NCBI GenBank assembly: GCA_965112735.1
Contig: OZ218957.1
Location: 3,596,001-3,660,000 of the forward strand
Direction of reading: 5' to 3'
DNA length: 64,000 nt
Origin: Phaeosaccion multiseriatum
Lineage: Eukaryota > Protista > Ochrophyta, other classes
Positions 37,201 through 49,111 of the stretch are shown here, piece after piece; the first letter of the stretch is position 1; every line of letters starts with the position of its first letter. The translations under genes were made by a program, and so were the position numbers. Under the pieces are notes generated by a model, which saw only the letters and a list, made by a program, of their open reading frames with translations, searched no databases and had not been told where the DNA came from.

Positions 37201-40200
37201 TCCCCTCCCCTCCCCGTATGCCTCTAAATCCCCCCCCCTTTGGCCCTTTGCAGTAACATCGCTCTCATCAAGCGCAACGCCTCATTGGGTGCCCGAGTGG
37301 CCGTGGAGCTTGCCCGCCTGCAGGCCCTCCAACAGGAGCGGTGAGCATCAGCAAAGCAAAGCAAAGCAAAGCAAAGCAAAGCAGAGCAGTCAGCGGTGAG
37401 GACCAATGGCCACACGACCACCACACGCCCTTTATGACATGCAAACGCACTCAGTGTAGGCAGTGGCAGTGGCAGTGGGGTTGAGCTTATCACAGGCAGT
37501 GGGGTTGAGCTTATCACAGGCAGTGGGGTTGAGCTTATCACAGGCAGTGGGGTTGAGCTTATCACAGGCAGTGGGGTTGAGCTTATCACAGGCAGTGGGG
37601 TTGAGCTTATCACAGGCAGTGGGGTTGAGCTTATCACAGGCAGTGGGGTTGAGCTTATCACAGGCAGTGGGGTTGAGCTTATCACAGGCAGTGGGGTTGA
37701 GCTTATCACAGGCAGTGGGGTTGAGCTTATCACAGGCAGTGGGGTTGAGCTTATCACAGGCAGTGGGGTTGAGCTTAGCACACGCGAGCCCTCCCCCCCA
37801 CCCCGGGGAACAGAGAACACGTGCGTGCTTTTCCTCTCCAGTGCCGTGCTGAGTCATGCCCCCTCCCCCCCCCCCCCTCTCCCGTCTTCTATCTCTCTTC
37901 CCCCTTCTTCTTTTGTCCTTTATGTGCCCTTGGAAACCCTCAGGCCACCGCCCAACTCTCGAAGCCCTCTAAGCTCTCCAGCCGGCCCCGCGGGTCTCTT
38001 CTCCCCCAGGGGCATCTGTCCTGTGACCGTCATCGGATCAGCGGTGGTGGACAGAGTGGCACGGCCTGCCCCTTCCGTTCCGGAGCTTCTCCTGCACACC
38101 TCCAACCCTGGTGAGTGAGTGAGTGAGTGAGTGAGTGAGTGAGTGAGTGAGTGAGGGAGGGAGGGAAGGAACGAGGGGGTGGTGTGCGCCTTGTGGTGCC
38201 CTTGTGGTGCCATCCGCTTCTGGGGAGAGGGTAGAGGCTGTGAGGACGGGAGGGGCGACCGGGGGGGGACGGTGGACAAGGAAATGGGGAGTGGGTGGTG
38301 TGGGTGGTTGCGAGTGAGTGAGTGGGTGGGTGGGTGAGCGAGAGAGAAACACGGAGAGGGCGAGGCAGACAGAGCGCACGGGTGCAAGCCACCACCCACA
38401 GGCAGTCAGTCGACTTACCCCCACCTCACTCCCATGCACTTGATTCGCACCCCCTCGATCCCTATAAGTCAATGAGACCCCCCTCGAACCCTGCCTGCCC
38501 TGCTCACTGCCGCTTTTGCTGTGCAGGGACGGTGTGCTCCCGCCCCGGGGGGGTCGGCCGGAACATCGCTTACTTGCTTGCAGGGCTCATGAACGGCCAA
38601 GGGGCAGGGCAAGGGGCAGGGCAAGGGGCAGGGCAAGGGGTAGGACCCACACTCGTCACTGTCGTGGGGGACGACGACGCAGGTGAGGGCAAGGGGGTGC
38701 GTATGTGTATGTGCGTGCGTGGGTGTGTGGGTGTGTACGTTTGTGTGCTTTATATATATGTGTGTTTGTGTGTGCATGTGTGTTCGTGTGTGTACGTTTG
38801 GGGCGGTGCTGTGCGAGGAGGTGCCACTCCGCTCGGCCCCTCTCGCTCGGCGCCTCTGAGCAGTGCTCCATCCTGCTCAGCTCTGCCCCCTCCCCCCTCC
38901 CCTCAGGGCGTCAGCTTGTGCAGCACTGCTCAGAGGCGGGGGTGCGTGTGGCGGAGTCCGTCGCTGTCGTGCCCTCGAGCAGCACCGCCTCCTACCTTGC
39001 CGTGCTGGACAGCCGAGGGGACTTGCACACCGCAGTGGCGGACTTTGGGGTCATGGAGCACTTGGATGCTGAGGTGAGGTCATGGGAGGGAGGGAGGGAG
39101 GAAGGCAGTGGCTCGCATCTGTACACCCGTGCAGAGCGGTTGTGGAGAGCTTACGTTGAGCTTGCCGTATGGAGGTGTAACTGTAACTGTACGCTGTTGC
39201 CCCCCCCAACTTTCCCCTCCCTCTCCACCATCCTTCGCCTCCGCAGCTCATTGAGAGGCAAATGGCGAAGCAGCAGCAGCACCTCAGCGGGGAGGGGGGG
39301 GATGGCAGTGGACAGGGGGGCCTTGTCATAAGCGACGCCAACCTCTCTGTGGAGGCGTTTCAGCGCCTGGCAAGTGTGAGTACGTCCCCGCTTGTGTTCG
39401 AGCCCACCAGTGTGGCCAAGTGCAGCCTGGCCGCACGCGCGGGATGTCTTGACGCGGTGTCGGTGGCCTCTCCCAACCTGCTGGAGTTGCTGGAGATGGA
39501 CAGGAGCCTCAGCAGCAGGGGGGGGGGGAGCTGCTCCTCCCGAGGGGGGAGGCAGAAGCCCCCCGGGGGCGTGGCTCGGGTAGGAGAAGAAGGGGATGGG
39601 TGGGAGCACCTTCGGCCGGCGGCTGCGAGGCTTCTCTCCGCCATGACGGCTCGGAGCGCCCCTTGGCACTCTTTCATTCGCGGCAAGAAGCACCTCGTCG
39701 TCACTCTGGGAGGGCAGGGCGTGCTGCTCGTGTCTGCAGGGGCCCGTGGGGGGGGGGAAGGGGGAGACGGGCAAGGGGAACAGCACACAGATGGCGACGA
39801 CGATGTGATGGACGTGGAGGTGGAGGCGTGGCACTTCCCCGCCCGGCGTGTGGAGGCGGTGGCAGACTGCACGGGAGCGGGTGACGCGCTGACGGCGGGC
39901 ATGAGCCTGGGCCTGGCCTTGAGTTTGAGTTTGGAGGATCAGCAGCAGCAGTTGGTGATGCAGCAGCCTCCGGACCGGTTGACTGACCAAGGCATGCAGG
40001 AGTGCGTTTTGGTTGGGATTTCGTGCGCGTGGAGGGCCCTGCAGGTCAACGCCTCTGCGGTACAGCAGTTGGTAGTACAGCAAGTAGGCGAAGGGCTGTC
40101 AGCAGCGGATGATGGCCGGGCCCTCTCCGCTGCGCTCCTCGCGGAAGCCCTGAAGGAGGGGACTGCGCCACGGTGCCTGCACTGGGCAACACCCCGGGGG

Positions 40201-40230
40201 GGGGGGGGCGGCGGCGGCGGCTCGGGATGA
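34207..40230 (+). CDS. Bifunctional pseudouridine-5'-phosphate glycosidase (PsuG/IndA) / PfkB-family pseudouridine kinase, multi-exon (start codon uncertain: 34207, 34291 or 34438)
   Basis: PsuG motifs [77 protein letters not shown]. PfkB motifs [36 protein letters not shown]. Confidence 0.92.
37471..37782. repeat. Intronic 24-bp minisatellite (ggcagtggggttgagcttatcaca) x13
   Basis: Direct inspection. Lies in the intron between the glycosidase and kinase halves. Confidence 0.95.
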
Positions 40231-40688
40231 CAAGTTATAAAAAAGCTCACTCAGCTCACTGACTCCACTGTGGATGGCAGCTGATGCGCCTGATCGCAGA
40301 GAGGGCCCCTCTTTTTCCGCGCCACAGGGGGGGGAGGGTAGGGTGACGCGACACGGCATGGCATGCCTCGTGAGCGAAGCCTATGCTTGACGCATGGTCT
40401 ATCTATGGTTGAAGCATGGTCTTAGACTCTCTGGGCGCTGCTCGGCATGAGCCTGCGACACAACACAGAGCCTGCACAAGCTGTAAGATACGGACTTGAA
40501 TGTGTTTGGAAGCAATCTGTTTATTACACTTGGTTTTAGACATGGACCATGGCCCTTCCTTCCTTCTAACGCTCTAATACATGATATCGCTCTATCTCTT
40601 ACTTAAATGGGAAAGAAGGGCCTGGGCCGGGCCCGTGTTGTCAAAATCACGCGCTGGTTTGTGTTTGCATGTATCATGCACCTACGGC

Positions 40689-41285
40689 TTACTGGAGCTC
40701 GAGCACAACGTCGATGGCGTGGATGAGGCCGTTGCTGGCTGGCACATCGACGGGGTAGGTCTGTCCCTTGGAGGCGCCCGCAGACACGATGCCCACCATG
40801 GCCTCGTCGAGGAAGGTCTTGCGGAAGCGGCGGCCGTAGGTGAGGGTGGAGCTCAGGGTCTGCACATCGCCAGTGATGGCCGAGAGGGGCAGGTGGCCCT
40901 GCACCACGTGGTTCTTGATGAGGGTCGCGTCCAGGGGGCCCTTGTACACAGACATGGCCTTGTCGGTGGGCGCAAAGATGGTCCAGGGCCCGCCCTGCCT
41001 GAGCTCGTTGGCCACCCCCGAGCTCTGCAGGGCCTGCGCGAAGAGGCCGAAGTTGTCGTAGCCCCTGATGTCGGCCTCCTCATGCCCCAGCGGCACACCT
41101 GCTGCGCCCCAGTACACCACGGGGCCCTGCAGTCCCGCAATAGTGTCCACCACATCGCCCTGCATCCTCAGGCTGGAGGCAGATGCGCGGCTCACCGGCA
41201 CGGCGGGGCGCATGGGCGCGAGGAAGCCCGTGAAGGCCGTGGTGCTGACCACGAGGGAAGCGAGTGCGATGATAGTGGCGCGCAT
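40689..41285 (-). CDS. Intronless plastid-targeted FAS1/fasciclin-domain protein (198 aa), copy 1
   Basis: Signal MRATIIALASLVVSTTA-F. FAS1 H1 WTIFAPTDKA, HVV, and H2 ASNGLIHAIDVVL. Confidence 0.9.
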   Translation of the reverse strand: MRATIIALASLVVSTTAFTGFLAPMRPAVPVSRASASSLRMQGDVVDTIAGLQGPVVYWGAAGVPLGHEEADIRGYDNFGLFAQALQSSGVANELRQGGPWTIFAPTDKAMSVYKGPLDATLIKNHVVQGHLPLSAITGDVQTLSSTLTYGRRFRKTFLDEAMVGIVSAGASKGQTYPVDVPASNGLIHAIDVVLELQ

Positions 41286-42283
41286 GATTGCAAAGAGGGG
41301 GGGGGTTGTAATTGCTAGCGAAAAATGGATATGGAAGGAAGTTGTAGGAGCGGGGGGGGGGAATTGTGAGGAATTGAAAGATTTCACAACGACCGCAACA
41401 GAAACTGGAACTGAAAACTTCATTGATTACGTAAGGTTCAAAGTTCGGGTGCTAAAAACTAGTTTTTGAGCAGAGCGAGTTTACGAGTCGATAGTATCGT
41501 ATAAAACGTATTTTCGGGAAACGGGGAGGACTGGCAGTTACAGTGTTACAGTCAAGAAATGGTTGAAGGCAAGGGTACGCCGCGCCGACTGACGCAAGGG
41601 GCCTAGCGGCCCGCTCGACACGTAGGACGCCCACCGCACCGGGGTATAGCAAGAATCTAGCATTCACTACTGTAAAAGAGGAGGCGACGCGAGTACGGCG
41701 TCGCAAGAGTTGTAGCAAGTGCCGAAGAGCTCAGCGCGGTGAGAAGGACAGCGAAGGGGCGGAGCAGCCCAGCAGTCCACCGCGCAAAGGAGACGGCAGC
41801 GACAGCAAAAGTTTCCCCACCCGCCCGGCCCGGGGGGACGAGTGGGATTATCGGGAATCCAACGGGGTGGATGGGAGTAGGGGCGAGGCAGACGCGTCTG
41901 CCCGCCCTGCTTTGGCACCCCCTGGAAATCGCATTTACCCCCCCTTACACAATATAAACAATTATAAGTATTAGCAGTTTGAATGAGGGAGAGAGGTTGA
42001 GGGGAAGGCATGGGCAGTACTAGGTGTCAGGACGTAGTGGACTGAAAATCTTTTTCTTTTTTCAACACAACAGCACTTGTTAAGCAGCGCCAGGCATGCA
42101 ATTGAGTTGTACAAAGTGTTTACATGATTAGTTGGCGCCGGGCCGGGCAAGCTCAGGGAGATGAATACACCAAAGCCTCTGGGCCTCTTGGCTCCTCTTG
42201 GCTATGGTAGGGCCCCTCCTTTAACTCTTCGGATGCGAGGGGGGGCTTGTGGAGACATTGGGTCGGTACCGTCCACCCACGCG

Positions 42284-42580
42284 TCAGCCCCCTGTCCGCC
42301 TCTTGCCCCCACCTTCCCCTCCGGCCCCGCAATCCCCCCCCACCTTCTTCCTCTTCCTGAACTTGGGGTAGTGCTCTCGCGAGTCTGCTGAGTCGGCTGG
42401 TGCGGCTTCTTGTTGCCCTCCCCCCTCTGCCTTGGCGGCTAAGGAGCTATGCTCGGCATCCTCTCCCTCTCCCTCTCCCTTTCCTGCCTCCGCCGTCTCC
42501 GTTTGTACATTTCCCGGCGGAGCGTCCTCAGCTGCCGCCGCTACTGCTGCTGCATCTCCAACTGTATCTCCAACTGCAAG

Positions 42581-42611
<31 letters not shown>

Positions 42612-43786
42612 TTTGTTGGTGACTCCTCCGATGATGTATTGCCAACTGCCAGAGCATTCGGTGCCCTTCCTGCAGGTGCTGTATCACCAACTGCCCCTCC
42701 CTTGGGCGGTTCCAACGGCGTACTCTCTTGTGGACCCCCTTGTTCGTCACGGTCGGCAGGGAGGGAATCAGGAGCGCCTCCTTCTAGCCCGGGTGCCGTT
42801 CCCGCTGGCTTGGAAGCAAACTGGACTACTGCTGCTTGGGCAGCACTTTCCCTGTCGCCCTCTGATCCAGAACCCTCCAACCCCCCGGCTGCTCCTCCGT
42901 GCATTCCTTTGGCCGTCTCTCCTCCACCTCCCGTCGTAACAGAGGAGAAGGAAAAGGACTGCACCCCACTCGGGCCTTTTGTGTCCGGCACCCCCCCCCC
43001 TTGCCCTGCTTTGTGTCGCTCGCCCCCCCAACCACTGTCGTCGCTGGCGGTCTTGTTGGCCGCACCCGATAGCCTCAACTCGGTGAGCGCATCTCGGTAG
43101 TCTTGGTGCCGCTCCCCTGCCAAAACGATGTCTCTGAGCTTGCTGTGCCCAAGCTTCATGATGGATTGCGAGTCGAGCCTTTCCCATGGCACCAGGTCGT
43201 CCGTCCAAAAGGCAGGTTTCGTCGTCTTTTTACCCACGCCCCATCTCGCCCCCCTGCCCTCCGTATCGTTCACTCCAGAAACGTGTTTGCTCACACATAT
43301 TTTGGCGTTTCGGTGCATGAGCTTCTCGGCAAACACTTTGAGCGTCTCGAGGGAAGGGCCCTGGCCTCGACTCCTGCCCCCCAATCCCGTTTCACTCCGC
43401 TGCGCATCCGCCTGTGCCCCTTTGGCAAGGCTTTCAAGGGCGCTTGCAACACTCTCCATTGCCCCGCTCTTGGAGTCTGCGAGGGCGGCCCTCCTCTCTC
43501 GCACGACAGGGTCCATCCACACAGACACCCCCTTGTTCCCAAAGAACTTGGCACTTCCCAGTGGATCTTTCGCTGAAGCCGTTCCGAGCACGAATTCGAA
43601 GCCCTGAGGCTCAAGCACCTTAGCCGCATCTTTGAGCACGGAGTGGACCCTGTCTAGGCAGATTTTGACTGCTCTTTCCTCCTCCCCCTTGGCAACTCCG
43701 TCTCTGAGAAGACTCGCCACACTCACGCGAGTCGGAGCGGCCTTCGTGGAGTCAGCCTGGCTCGGTTGGCTTTGCCCCTTCTCCAT
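42284..43786 (-). CDS. Intronless 500-aa protein with an NRF1/EWG-like DNA-binding domain and disordered tail
   Basis: AKFFG...LKVFAEKLM...GRGARWGVGKKTTKPAFWTDDLVPW...KLRDIV resembles NRF1 FKVFG...LRAFIPEML...GRGKPGWGKESCKPIWWPEDIPW...ALRTIV. Basic NLS-like KFRKRKK near the C-terminus. Confidence 0.6.
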
Positions 43787-44133
43787 GCCTGTACCGAGTC
43801 AACCTTCTTTATCTGCAGGGCGGCATAGGGCAGCGCAGGGGAACAGGGAAGGGGGGTGGAGGTGTGGTGATCAAGGGGGAGACCGAGAGGATGGTAAGAT
43901 CGAGAGCACAAGGGAGCACACAGCCGAGAGCGGCCGAGGAAAGGAGGGGTTCAGTGCTTACCTGCAGCGAGTGCTGCCGCGCCCCCCCGTCTGTGGCCGA
44001 TTCGAAAGCTTGGGTTGGATTGCATAAAAGTAAAAAGCCCTCTTCTCGAAAATTGTTCTCCCTCATCTTCCCTCATACAACTTTGTTCCGGATTGAACTT
44101 CCCCCCCCCCCTCTCGAGACCCTCTTTGCAATC

Positions 44134-44730
44134 ATGCGCGCCACTATCATCGCACTCGCTTCCCTCGTGGTCAGCACCACGGCCTTCACGGGCTTCCTCG
44201 CGCCCATGCGCCCCGCCGTGCCGGTGAGCCGCGCATCTGCCTCCAGCCTGAGGATGCAGGGCGATGTGGTGGACACTATTGCGGGACTGCAGGGCCCCGT
44301 GGTGTACTGGGGCGCAGCAGGTGTGCCGCTGGGGCACGAGGAGTCTGACATCAGGGGCTACGACAACTTCGGCCTCTTCGCACAGGCCTTGCAGAGCTCG
44401 GGGGTGGCCAACGAGCTCAGACAGGGTGGGCCCTGGACCATCTTTGCGCCCACCGACAAGGCCATGTCTGTGTACAAGGGCCCCCTGGACGCGACCCTCA
44501 TCAAGAACCACGTGGTGCAGGGCCACCTGCCCCTCTCGGCCATCACCGGCGATGTGCAGACCCTGAGCTCCACCCTCACCTACGGCCGCCGCTTCCGCAA
44601 GACCTTCCTCGACGAGGCCATGGTGGGCATCGTGTCTGCGGGCGCCTCCAAGGGACAGACCTACCCCGTCGATGTGCCGGCCAGCAACGGCCTCATCCAC
44701 GCCATCGACGTTGTGCTCGAGCTCCAGTAA
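44134..44730 (+). CDS. Intronless plastid-targeted FAS1/fasciclin-domain protein (198 aa), copy 2
   Basis: Inverted near-identical copy of 40689-41285, with one visible aa change (EEAD vs EESD). Confidence 0.9.
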   Translation: MRATIIALASLVVSTTAFTGFLAPMRPAVPVSRASASSLRMQGDVVDTIAGLQGPVVYWGAAGVPLGHEESDIRGYDNFGLFAQALQSSGVANELRQGGPWTIFAPTDKAMSVYKGPLDATLIKNHVVQGHLPLSAITGDVQTLSSTLTYGRRFRKTFLDEAMVGIVSAGASKGQTYPVDVPASNGLIHAIDVVLELQ

Positions 44731-45030
44731 GCCGTAGGTGCAAACACAAACCAGCGCGTGCTTTTCACAGCACTGGGACTCGTTTAGCGAAGAGAGGGAG
44801 CGTTGTTTGAAAGAACGCTCGAAAATCATCAGCAACAGACGATATATATGAAGGTCCTTCCTTTATTACACCCATAATACTAATCAATCATACTAGACCG
44901 GTTCGCGACAACGTCGCACGTTTACATGCAAAGTCGTTCCTTCCTCTACTGTAGGACGCGTATGTGAGGCTTCAGCTCAACGGGAAGAGGGCCCGTGGTC
45001 CAACGCAATCCACTCTCAGGCTTCCCCCTT

Positions 45031-45079
45031 GACACTGAGCACTGAACCCTGAAACTCAAACTGGTGGAGGGCAGCGTCA

Positions 45080-45112
<33 letters not shown>

Positions 45113-45216
45113 GCAGCCGCATTCGGACCCTCGGCGCCGTCACGTAAGATCCACGTAAGTTGGTGGGGATGGCCGTGGACGACGACGCATAGGGTGGGGG
45201 CGGGGGGGGGGAGCTG

Positions 45217-45296
<80 letters not shown>

Positions 45297-46508
45297 CGCT
45301 ACACCACCTGCCCCTCCCTCCCTCCCTCCAAAACCAACTCACACACAGGTCGCACGTCCCGACACGCATCCTGAGCTTTCGGGCTACCTCGGAGGTGCTG
45401 CTCAGCCTAGGCCCCGACTTGGGCTCCCGCGGACGCTTCACCACCATGAGCCAGCAGCTCTTCGAGATGAGTGCCCTGGAGGCCTCCCAGAGAGAGGCGG
45501 AGGCCTCCGGGAGGGAGCTGCAGCGCCTGCCGACACAGCTCGAGCGCGCGGTACGTGAAGCGAGAGACCGGCAAGGGATGGGCGGGAGACGGAAGAGGGA
45601 AGACAGGGGGTGAGGCAATGGGCCTGAAGGAAGCAGTAAGTCAGCAGGATGAAGCAGTACGTCAGCAAGTGAACTCTTGTGGCTTGCTTGACATGTGCTG
45701 ACCGCTGATCTGTGACCTCGATCGCATCGTTTGTACGGCCCTTCACAGATGGCACAGATGAATGATGTGTTTTTTGGGGAAGCTAAGGAGAGGGCGGTGG
45801 CGCTCGAGTGTAATCCCCAGGCCGCGCAGGAGGAGAAAGAGCGCCTCGACGACGCCCCCCACGAGCAGAAGCAGCAGTCCTGCAAGGACGAGGTAAGAGT
45901 AAGGGGCAGTAGGGTACGGCTGGATACCTTTATCGCTCTCCATTCTCTCTGCGTCTGTGCAAGAGTGTGAGGAGCCAAGGTTCAGGGGAGAGAGAGAGGA
46001 AGAGAGGCAGAGGTTTCAGGGGTCAGGGCGAAGCTGCGCTTCTCTGGAGGGGAGGCCACAACCGTCTGGTAGAGGAGAGGCTTGGGACACAGGCCCTCGC
46101 TCGAAGCTCATTAGCAACTCCTCCCCTCCTCCTTCCTCCCTCCCTCCCTCCCTCCAACGCAGGAGAGCGGTGCTCGGGAAGAGGGCACGAGGGCGCCGGT
46201 GGACCTCCGCATGGCAACCGGAGGCACGAGCAGCGCTGTTGTGAGGTAGGTACGGCTCGTGGATGCGGCCGCATGTGGGTGTGCGCGTGGGTGCGCGTGT
46301 AGGTGCGCCTTGGTGGTTCTCTCCTCCTCCTCCTCCTCCTCCTCCTCCTCCTCCTCCTCCTCCTCCTCCTCCTCCTCCTCCTCCTCCTCCTCCTCCTCCT
46401 CCTCCTCCTCCTCCTCCTCCTCCTCCTCCTCCTCCTCCTCCTCCTCCTCCTCCTCCTCCTCCTCCTCCTCCTCCTCCTCCTCCTCCTCCTCCTCCTCCTC
46501 CTCCTCCT
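45031..46508 (+). repeat. Segmental duplication copy 1 (coiled-coil gene exons), ending in a (CCT)n tract
   Basis: Highly similar to 52612-~54000. Confidence 0.88.
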
Positions 46509-46554
46509 CGTAGTAGTACTCCTCCTCCTGCTGCTGCTACTACTACTACTAGGA

Positions 46555-46625
<71 letters not shown>

Positions 46626-46774
46626 CTACTCCTCCTCCTCCTCCTCCTCCTCCTCCTCCTCCTCTCCTGCTCCTCCTCCTCCTCCTCCTCCTCCTCCTCC
46701 TCCCCACCACTGCCACCACCACCTCCTCCTCCTCCTGCTCACACGAACAGTTTGCGTTGTTTTGTGGCCCGCAG

Positions 46775-47838
46775 CTCATCGGCAATCGCTGGGCAGAGAT
46801 CGCTCGGCTGCTCAAGGGCCGGCCCGAGAACATGGTCAAGAACCGCTTCAACAGCACCTCCAGGTGAGAGAGTGAGTTCGGCAGGCAGCACTACTCAGAG
46901 TGTATATTGTCGGTGGAGTGGATGATGGCGGGTGCGACTCGTCTCCTCCTTGTCTCATACACTCTGCCCCCTCCCCCCACCCACCCCACCCCCCGGTGTG
47001 CCGACACACACACACACACACATGCACCTTCAGACGCAAGTGGGACCGGTCCTCGGAAGCCGTGTTGGACAAGGTGCGGCGCTTGCTCGCAGAGGCGGAC
47101 AGGGACCACACAAAAGCACCGGATAGGGAGATTATTGTAACGGCGGCGACGGCGGCGGGGGGGGGGGGGAGAGGACGGCGGAGTCCTGACAAGGACAGGC
47201 GGCGGGACAGTTCGTGTGAGGAGCTTGCTGGCATGGGCTTTGTTGGGGCCCCAATGGCCGATGTGGAGGGGGGGGACCCAAGCAGGCGGTCTCCGGCGGG
47301 GCCCACTAGCCGAGTTGGTGATACAGCAGCAGCAGCAGCAGCAGAAGGTGCGAGGCCTGGGGCATTGGCAGAGGTAGGAGGGTCGGTTACAGGAGTAAGC
47401 CGGATACAAAGCAGTAGGCCGCCTCCGCTCTCGGTGGATCGCTCAGGGCGAGGTGGGCCGATGGCTGAGTCGGCGGCAGGAGGGGCGGGGCGCTCCTCGT
47501 CCTCGTCCACGTCAGACTCCCTGGCTGCGCTGCTGCTGCTGAAGACACCGACCTCGGAGGCCGGAGAAGGAGGGTGAGGGGGAGAGGGAGGAGGAGGAGG
47601 AGTAAGACGAGGAGGAGGAGCAAGAGAAGAAGAAGAAGGAGGAGGAGGAGGAGGGGGGCGCAGGCAGTCATGGCTGCGCGGGAGACCATGCCCCGTGTGT
47701 CCCCCTCTGAGAAAATTCCCCTGGACATGATGCGCTACTTCCACTACCTCAACGACGACGCACAGTACAACATCATGCGGCAGCTCGTCAACAAGATGGC
47801 GGACACGGCCATTGATGAAGGGGGCAAGGAGGAGGCGG

Positions 47839-47869
<31 letters not shown>

Positions 47870-48926
47870 CAAGTTAGTGATACAGCCGGCCGCAGAGGGC
47901 ATGGCGGTGGAGGTGGAGGGTGGCAGTGCCCGGGAGCGGGGGGGGCAGCAGCAGCAGCAGCAGGAAGAAGAGGAGGAGGAGCAGTCGGTGGTGCAGCAGG
48001 TGATACAGTCGTTGTCAGCGCGCAGTCCCCCTCGTGGGGCCGTGCCGCCTCGCCCCACCTCCATATCCACGCTGGGCGGGGCTCGCCAGGAGCGCTATAG
48101 CACCAGGCAGTCACCAGTAAGGGGCTCGGAAGGGGCCTTGTCCTCCCAGTGGGGCATCGCCAGCAGCAGCGGGGCGGGGGGGGGAGCGGGCTCGCGCAGG
48201 GAGAGACACCGGAACGGGTCCCTGTCACCCCCGGGGATTATGTCAGCGCAGGAGTTGGCGGCAAGGGCGGAGGCCTACCTCACCGGCGCGATGCCCACGG
48301 TGCCTCCAGACGAACACTCCAGCCCGGGGGGAGGAGGAGGAGGAGGAGGAGGAGGAGGAGGAGGAGGAGGGGGGGCGCGGAGCAGGAGTGGCAGTACCAA
48401 CCCGAGCGGCGGGGACGAGGCCTTTAGTGCTCCTCTGCCCCCCCCAGCAATGGCCAAGGATAGAGGAGGAGACGTGCAGGCACAGCAGCAGCCCGGCGGG
48501 GTGCCCGGGTACATGAGCAGCGCAGGCACGCGCTCGAGGAGCGGCACGAACATGTCTCTTGACTCGCTCGGCTCCCAACCCTACCTCAACACGCCCATCC
48601 GCCTCAACACGGAGGACGAGCTGCACCTGAACCTCAACGGGCCCATTCGCATGAACACGGATGAGGAGATTGACCTCATGTTCAACGGGACCGCCAGGCG
48701 GTGGCCGACCATATGCAGGCCCTGCTCGCGGGAGCGGGCAGCAGTAGCATCAGCAGCAGAGGAACAGACGGCAGCGGTGGCGGCAGCCGCAGCAAGGCGA
48801 CAGGGGCAGGGGCAGGGGCAGGCAGTGGATGACGCGAGGAGAGGCGGTGAGGCGCTGTATGGCGCTCGAGTGGGACATGGAGCGACATGCATGGAGTGTG
48901 TGGGGATTGACTGGCTGGTCAATTGA
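46775..48926 (+). pseudogene. Myb-domain transcription factor, 3' portion only (upstream Myb exons absent)
   Basis: Exon 46775-46863 encodes LIGNRWAEIARLLKGRPENMVKNRFNSTS (helices 2-3 of a Myb repeat), followed by low-complexity exons. The first Myb helix (WT.EED) is not found upstream. Confidence 0.75.
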
Positions 48927-49111
48927 GTGGCTTGTCCGTGGCCCTCGCTGAGTCGAGGGGGGGCGGGCAGGGGCGGCAGCTGGCCGTTCGGCAGCAGGGC
49001 AGGAGCGTCACTCCCCTCAGGGCCCCTTGAGGGCCTGGCGGGGGCTCCGGTGGTACCCACCCAGTCGTAGTCTCGTAGAGCGGGGAGTCGGGGATAGTCG
49101 GGGACTGACAC

